Made by a program: the position numbers and the translations under genes
The notes under the pieces: model-generated
Told to the model about the DNA's origin: nothing
Seen by the model: the letters and a program-made list of their open reading frames with translations, nothing else
Databases searched by the model: none
Assembly (NCBI RefSeq): GCF_009914755.1
Contig: NC_060925.1
Length of the DNA stretch: 64,000 nt
DNA from: the human T2T-CHM13v2.0 reference genome, Homo sapiens
Reading direction: 5' to 3' (one strand)
Part shown: piece by piece, positions 58,315-64,000 of the stretch
Position numbering within the stretch: position 1 is the first letter of the stretch
Layout: each line of letters opens with the position of its first letter

Positions 58315-60090
58315 GAATGGAAATGAAAGGGGTCATCATCTAATGGAATCGCATGGAATCATCATCAAATGGAATCGAATGGAATCATCATCAAATGGAA
58401 TCTAATGGAATCATTGAACAGAATTGAATGGAATCGTCATCAAATGAATTGAATGCAATCATCGAATGGTCTCGAATGGAATCATCTTCTAATGGAAAGG
58501 AATGGAATCATCGCATAGAATCGAATGGAATTATCATCGAATGGAATCGAATGGTATCAACACCAAACGGAAAAAAACGGAATTATCGAATGGAATCGAA
58601 GAGAATCTTCGAACGGACCCGAATGGAATCATCTAATGGAATGGAATGGAATAATCCATGGACTCTAATGCAATCATAATCGAATGGAATGGAATGGAAT
58701 CATCGAATGGACTCGAATGGAATAATCATTGAACGGAATCGAATGGAATCATCATCGGATGGAAACGAATGGAATCATCATCGAATGGAAATGAAAGGAG
58801 TCATCATCTAATGGAATTGCATGGAATCATCATAAAATGGAATCGAATGGAATCAACATCAAATGGAATCAAATGGAATCATTGAACGGAATTGAATGGA
58901 ATCGTCATCGAATGAATTGACTGCAATCATCGAATGGTCTCGAATGGAATCATCTTCAAATGGAAGGGAATGGAATCATCGCATATAATCGAATGGAATT
59001 ATCATCGAATGGAATCGAATGGAATCAACATCAAACGGAAAAAAACAGAATTATCGTATGGAATCGAAGAGAATCATCGAATGGACCCGAATGGAATCAT
59101 CTAATGGAATGGAATGGAATAATCCATGGACTCGAATGCAATCATCATCGAATGGAATCGAATGGAATCATCGAATGTACTCGAATGGAATAATCATTGA
59201 ACGGAATCGAATGGAATCATCATCGGATGGAAATGAATGGAATCATCATCGAATGGAATCGAATAGAATTATGGAATGAAATCCAGTGTGATCATCATCG
59301 AATGGACCCGAATGGAATCATCATCCAACGGAAGCTAATGGAATCAACATCGAATGAATCGAATGGAAACACCATCGAATTGAAACGAATGGAATTATCA
59401 TGAAATTGAAATGGATGGACTCATCATCGAATGGATTCGAATCGAATCATCGAATAAAATTGATTGAAATCATCATCCAATGGAATCGAATGGTATCATT
59501 GAATGGAATCGAATGGAATCATCATCAGATGGAAATGAATGGAATCGTCATAGAATGGAATCGAATGGATTCATTGAATGGAATCAGATGGAATCATCGA
59601 ATGGACTGGAATGGAATCATTGAATGGACTCGAAAGGGATCATTATTGAATGGAATTGAATGGAATCATCGAATGGTCTCGATTGGAATCATTACCAAAT
59701 GGAATCGAATGGAATCACCGAATAGAATCGAATGGAACAATCATCGAATGGACTCAAATGGAATTATCCTCAAATGGAATGGAATGGAATTATCGAATGC
59801 AATCGAATGGAATTATCGAATGCAATCGAATAGAATCATCGAAAGGACTCGAATGGAATCATCGAATGGAATGGAATGGAACAGTCAATGAACTCGAATG
59901 GAATCATCATTGAATGGAATCGAATGGAATCATCGAGTGGAATTGAATGGAATTATGATCAAATGGAATCGAATGTAATCATCATCAAATGGAATCAAAA
60001 ATAACCATCATCAATTGGTATTGAATGGAATTGTCATCAAATGGAATTCAAAGGAATCATCATCAAATGGAACCGAATGGAATCCTCATT
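58315..60090 (+). repeat. Representative canonical 1776-bp A-A-B unit
   Basis: A registers at 58428 and 58896, B at 59400, next A at 60204 (1776 bp). There is a single GAATTC in B. Confidence 0.92.
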
Positions 60091-62199
60091 GAATGGAAAT
60101 GAAAGGGGTCATCATCTAATGGAATCGCATGGAATCATCATCAAATGGAATCGAATGGAATCATCATCAAATGGAATCTAATGGAATCATTGAACAGAAT
60201 TGAATGGAATCGTCATCGAATGAATTGAATGCAATCATCGAATGGTCTCGAATGGAATCATCTTCTAATGGAAAGGAATGGAATCATCGCATAGAATCGA
60301 ATGGAATTATCATCGAATGGAATCGAATGGTATCAACACCAAACGGAAAAAAACGGAATTATCGAATGGAATCGAAGAGAATCTTCGAACGGACCCGAAT
60401 GGAATCATCTAATTGAATGGAATGGAATAATCCATGGACTCGAATGCAATCATCATCGAATGGAATCGAATGGAATCATCGAATGGACTCGAATGGAATA
60501 ATCATTGAACGGAATCGAATGGAATCATCATCGGATGGAAACGAATGGAAACATCATCGAATGGAAATGAAAGGAGTCATCATCTAATGGAATTGCATGG
60601 AATCATCATAAAATGGAATCGAATGGAATCAACATCAAATGGAATCAAATGGAATCATTGAACGGAATTGAATGGAATCGTCATCGAATGAATTGAATGG
60701 AATCATCGAATGGTCTCGAATGGAATCATCTTCAAATGGAATGGAATGGAATCATCGCATAGAATCGAATGGAATTATCATCGAATGGAATCGAATGGAA
60801 TCAACATCAAACGGAAAAAAACGGAATTATCGAATGGAATCGAAGAGAATCATCGAATGGACCCGAATGGAATCATCTAATGGAATGGAATGGAATAATC
60901 CACGGACTCGAATGCAACCACCATCGTATAGAATCGAATGGAAACATCGAATGGAATCATCGAATGGACTCGAATGGAATAATCATTGAACGGAATCGAA
61001 TGGAATCATCATCGGATGGAAACGAATGGAATCATCATCGAATGGAAATGAAAGGAGTCATCTAATGGAATTGCATGGAATCATCATCAAATGGAATCGA
61101 ATGGAATCAACATCAAATGGAATCAAATGGAATCATTGAACGGAATTGAATGGAATCATCATCGAATGAATTGAATGCAATCATCGAATGGTCTCGAATG
61201 GAATCATCTTCAAATGGAATGGAATGGAATCATCGCATAGAATCGAATGGAATTATCATCGAATGGAATCGAATGGAATCAACATCAAACGGAAAAAAAC
61301 GGAATTATCGAATGGAATCGAAGAGAATCATCGAATGGACCCGAATGGAATCACCTAATGGAATGGAATGGAATAATCCATGGACTCGAATGCAATCATC
61401 ATCGAATGGAATCGAATGGAATCATCGAATGGACTCGAATGGAATAATCATGGAACGGAATCGAATGGAATCATCATCGGATGGAAATGTATGGAATCAT
61501 CATCGAATGGAATCGAATAGAATTATGGAATGAAATCCAGTGTGATCATCATCGAATGGACCTGAATGGAATCATCATCCAATGGAAACTAATGGAATCA
61601 ACATGGAATGAATCGAATGGAAACACCATCGAATTGAAACGAATGGAATTATCATGAAAGTGAAATGGATGGACTCATCATCGAATGGATTCGAATGGAA
61701 TCATCGAATAAAATTGATTGAAATCATCATCAAATGGAATCGAATGGTATCATTGAATGGAATCGAATGGAATCATCATCAGATGGAAATGAATGGAATC
61801 GTCATAGAATGGAATCCAATGGATTCATTGAATGGAATCAGATGGAATCATCGAATGGACTGGAAAGGAATCACTGAATGGACTCGAAAGGGATCATCAT
61901 TGAATGGAATTCAATGGAATCATCGAATGGTCTCGATTGGAATCATTATCGAATGGAATCGAATCGAATCACCGAATAGAATCGAATGGAACAATCATCG
62001 AATGGACTCAAATGGAATTATCCTCAAATGGAGTCGAATGGAATTATCGAATGCAATCGAATGGAATTATCGAATGCAATTGAATAGAATCATCGAATGG
62101 ATTCGAATGGAATCATCGAATGGAATGGAATGGAACAGTCAATGAACTCGAATGGAATCATCATTGAATGGAATCGAATGGAATCATCGAGTGGAATCG

Positions 62200-64000
62200 A
62201 ATGGAATTATGATCAAATGGAATTGAATGTAATCATCATCAAATGGAATCAAAAATAACCATCATCAATGGGTATTGAATGGAATTGTCATCAAATGGAC
62301 TTCAAAGGAATCATCATCAAATGGAACCGAACGGAATCCTCATTGAATGGAAATGAAAGGGGTCATCATCTAATGGAATTGCATGGAATCATCATTAAAT
62401 GGAATCGAATGGAATCATCATCAAATGGAATCTAATGGAATCACTGAACAGAATTGAATGGAATCATCATCGAATGAATTGAATGCAATCATCGAATGGT
62501 CTCGAATGGAATCATCTTCTAATGGAAAGGAATAGAATCATCGCATAGAATCGAATGGAATTAACATTGAATTGATTCGAATGGAATCAACATCCAACGG
62601 AATCAAGCGAAATTATCGAATGGAATCTAAGAGAATCATCGAATGGACTCGAATGGAATCATCTAATGGAATGGAATGGAATAATCCATGGACTCGAATG
62701 CAATCATCATCGAATGGAATCGAATGGAATCATCGAATGGACTCGAATGGAATAATCATTGAACGGAATCGAATGGAATCATCATCGGATGGAAACGAAT
62801 GGAATCATCATCGAATGCAAATGAAAGGAGTCATCATCTAATGGAATCGCATGGAATCATCATAAAATGGAATCGAATGGAATCAACATCAAATGGAATC
62901 AATTGGAATCATTGAACGGAATTGAATGGAATTGTCATCAAATGAATTGAATGCAATCATCGAATGGTCTCGAATGGAATCATCTTCAAATGGAATGGAA
63001 TGGAATCATCGCATAGAATCGAATGGAATTATCATCGAATGGAATCGAAAGGTATCAACATCAAACGGAAAAAAACGGAATTATCGAATGGAATCGAAGA
63101 GAATCATCGAACGGACCCGAATGGAATCATCTAATGGAAAGGAATGGAATAATCCATGGACTCGAATCCAATCATCATCGAATGGAATCGAATGGAATCA
63201 TTGAAAGGACTCTAATGGAATAATCATTTAACGGAATCGAATGGAATCATCATCGAATGGAAACTAATGGAATCATCATCGAATGGAAATGAAAGGAGTC
63301 ATCTAATGGAATTGCACGGAATCAACATAAAATGGAATCGAATGGAATCAACATCAAATGGAATGAAATGGAATCATTGAACGGAATTGAATGGAATCTT
63401 CATCGAATGAATTGAATGCAATCATCGAATGGTCTCGAATGGAATCATCTTCAAATGGAATGGAATGGAATCATCGCATAGAATCGAATGGAATTATCAT
63501 CGAATGGAATCGAATGGAATCAACATCAAACGGAAAAAAACGGAATTATCGAATGGAATCGAAGAGAATCATGGAATGGTCCCGAATGGAATCGTCTAAT
63601 GGAATGGAATGGAATAATCCATGGACTCGAATGCAATCATCATCGAATGGAATCGAATGGAATCATCGAATGGACTCGAATGGAATAATCATTGAACGGA
63701 ATCGAATGGAATCATCATCGGATGGAAATGAAAGGAATCATTATCGAATGGAATCGAATAGAATTATGGAATGAAATCCAGTGTCATCATCTTCGAATGG
63801 ACCCGAATGGAATCATCATCCAACGGAAGCTAATGGAATCAACATCGAATGAATCGAATGGAAACACCATCGAATTGAAACGAGTGGAATTATCATGAAA
63901 TTGAAATGGATGGACTCATCATCGAATGGATTCGAATGGAATCATCGAATAAAATTGATTGAAATCATCATCAAATGCAATCGAATGGTAGCATTGAATG
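62200..64000 (+). repeat. Dispersed near-identical copy of ~23280-25077 (offset 38923), running off the window end
   Basis: Shared private variants CAATGGGTATTG, GGACTTCAAA, ACCGAACGG, GAATTGATTCG and AATGCAAATG. ORFs are identical at 24003/62926, 24468/63391 and 24769/63692. Confidence 0.92.

Larger units (their letters stand above)
1..64000 (+). repeat. Human satellite II (HSat2/HSATII) pericentromeric tandem array, HSat2A-like ~1.8-kb family; GGAAT strand on +
   Basis: Continuous diverged GGAAT/CGAAT pentamers with ATC/ATCATC inserts (reverse complement CATTCGATTCCATTCGATGAT, the HSat2 signature). TaqI (TCGA) and HinfI (GANTC) sites are very dense. Pure GGAAT runs are only about 3 copies long, unlike HSat3. 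The modal period is 1775-1776 bp. No unique sequence was seen. Confidence 0.97.

Noticed and set aside
9-63898. About 200 short + strand ORFs (60-163 aa; MESSSNELN..., MKLKWMDSS..., MELSSNGIE...)
   Set aside because: These are low-complexity translations of the GGAAT-derived repeat. They overlap in several frames, recur with each module, and are freely broken by stops and frameshifts between copies. No domain or gene structure is present.
1-64000. CRISPR-like or other repeat-spacer array
   Set aside because: There are no unique spacers and no cas-like genes. All intervening sequence is itself satellite.
1-64000. HSat3 or alpha satellite / CENP-B boxes
   Set aside because: Pure GGAAT runs are short and CGAAT/ATCATC motifs dominate, which indicates HSat2. 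No 171-bp period or CENP-B box was seen.
1-64000. Strand inversion or transposon (Alu/L1) insertion within the array
   Set aside because: Module spacings account for essentially all bases. No CATTC-strand segment, poly-A tail or foreign sequence was seen.

Overview
The whole 64-kb window is one uninterrupted tandem array of classical human satellite II (HSat2/HSATII), a diverged (GGAAT)n/(CATTC)n repeat rich in ATCATCGAATGGAATCGAATGG 23/26-bp subunits. The GGAAT strand is on + throughout. I see no genes, transposons, alpha satellite or inversions, and every ORF in the track is a repeat artefact. The ORF starts are still useful as register marks. They show that the array is built from two modules, A (468 bp) and B (840 bp), arranged as (A)n-B with n = 1-5. 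That gives about 77 A and 34 B copies and units of about 1308, 1776, 2244, 2712 and 3154 bp. The modal 1776-bp unit, with one EcoRI site per B, matches the ~1.77-1.8-kb HSat2A repeat (pUC1.77/D1Z1 type). Chromosome 1q12 is the most likely source, but this is not provable from the window. Shared variants reveal nested layers of duplication: a 6166-bp higher-order unit (PQRS-PS-PQRS, ~7.7-22.9 kb), a near-identical 4952-bp tandem duplication, a ~2.66-kb tandem duplication, and long-range paralogy at 39-47 kb offsets. I did not find a novel protein-coding or RNA system. What is interesting is the modular grammar and the recombination record. All comparisons were made by eye, so breakpoints and difference counts are approximate.
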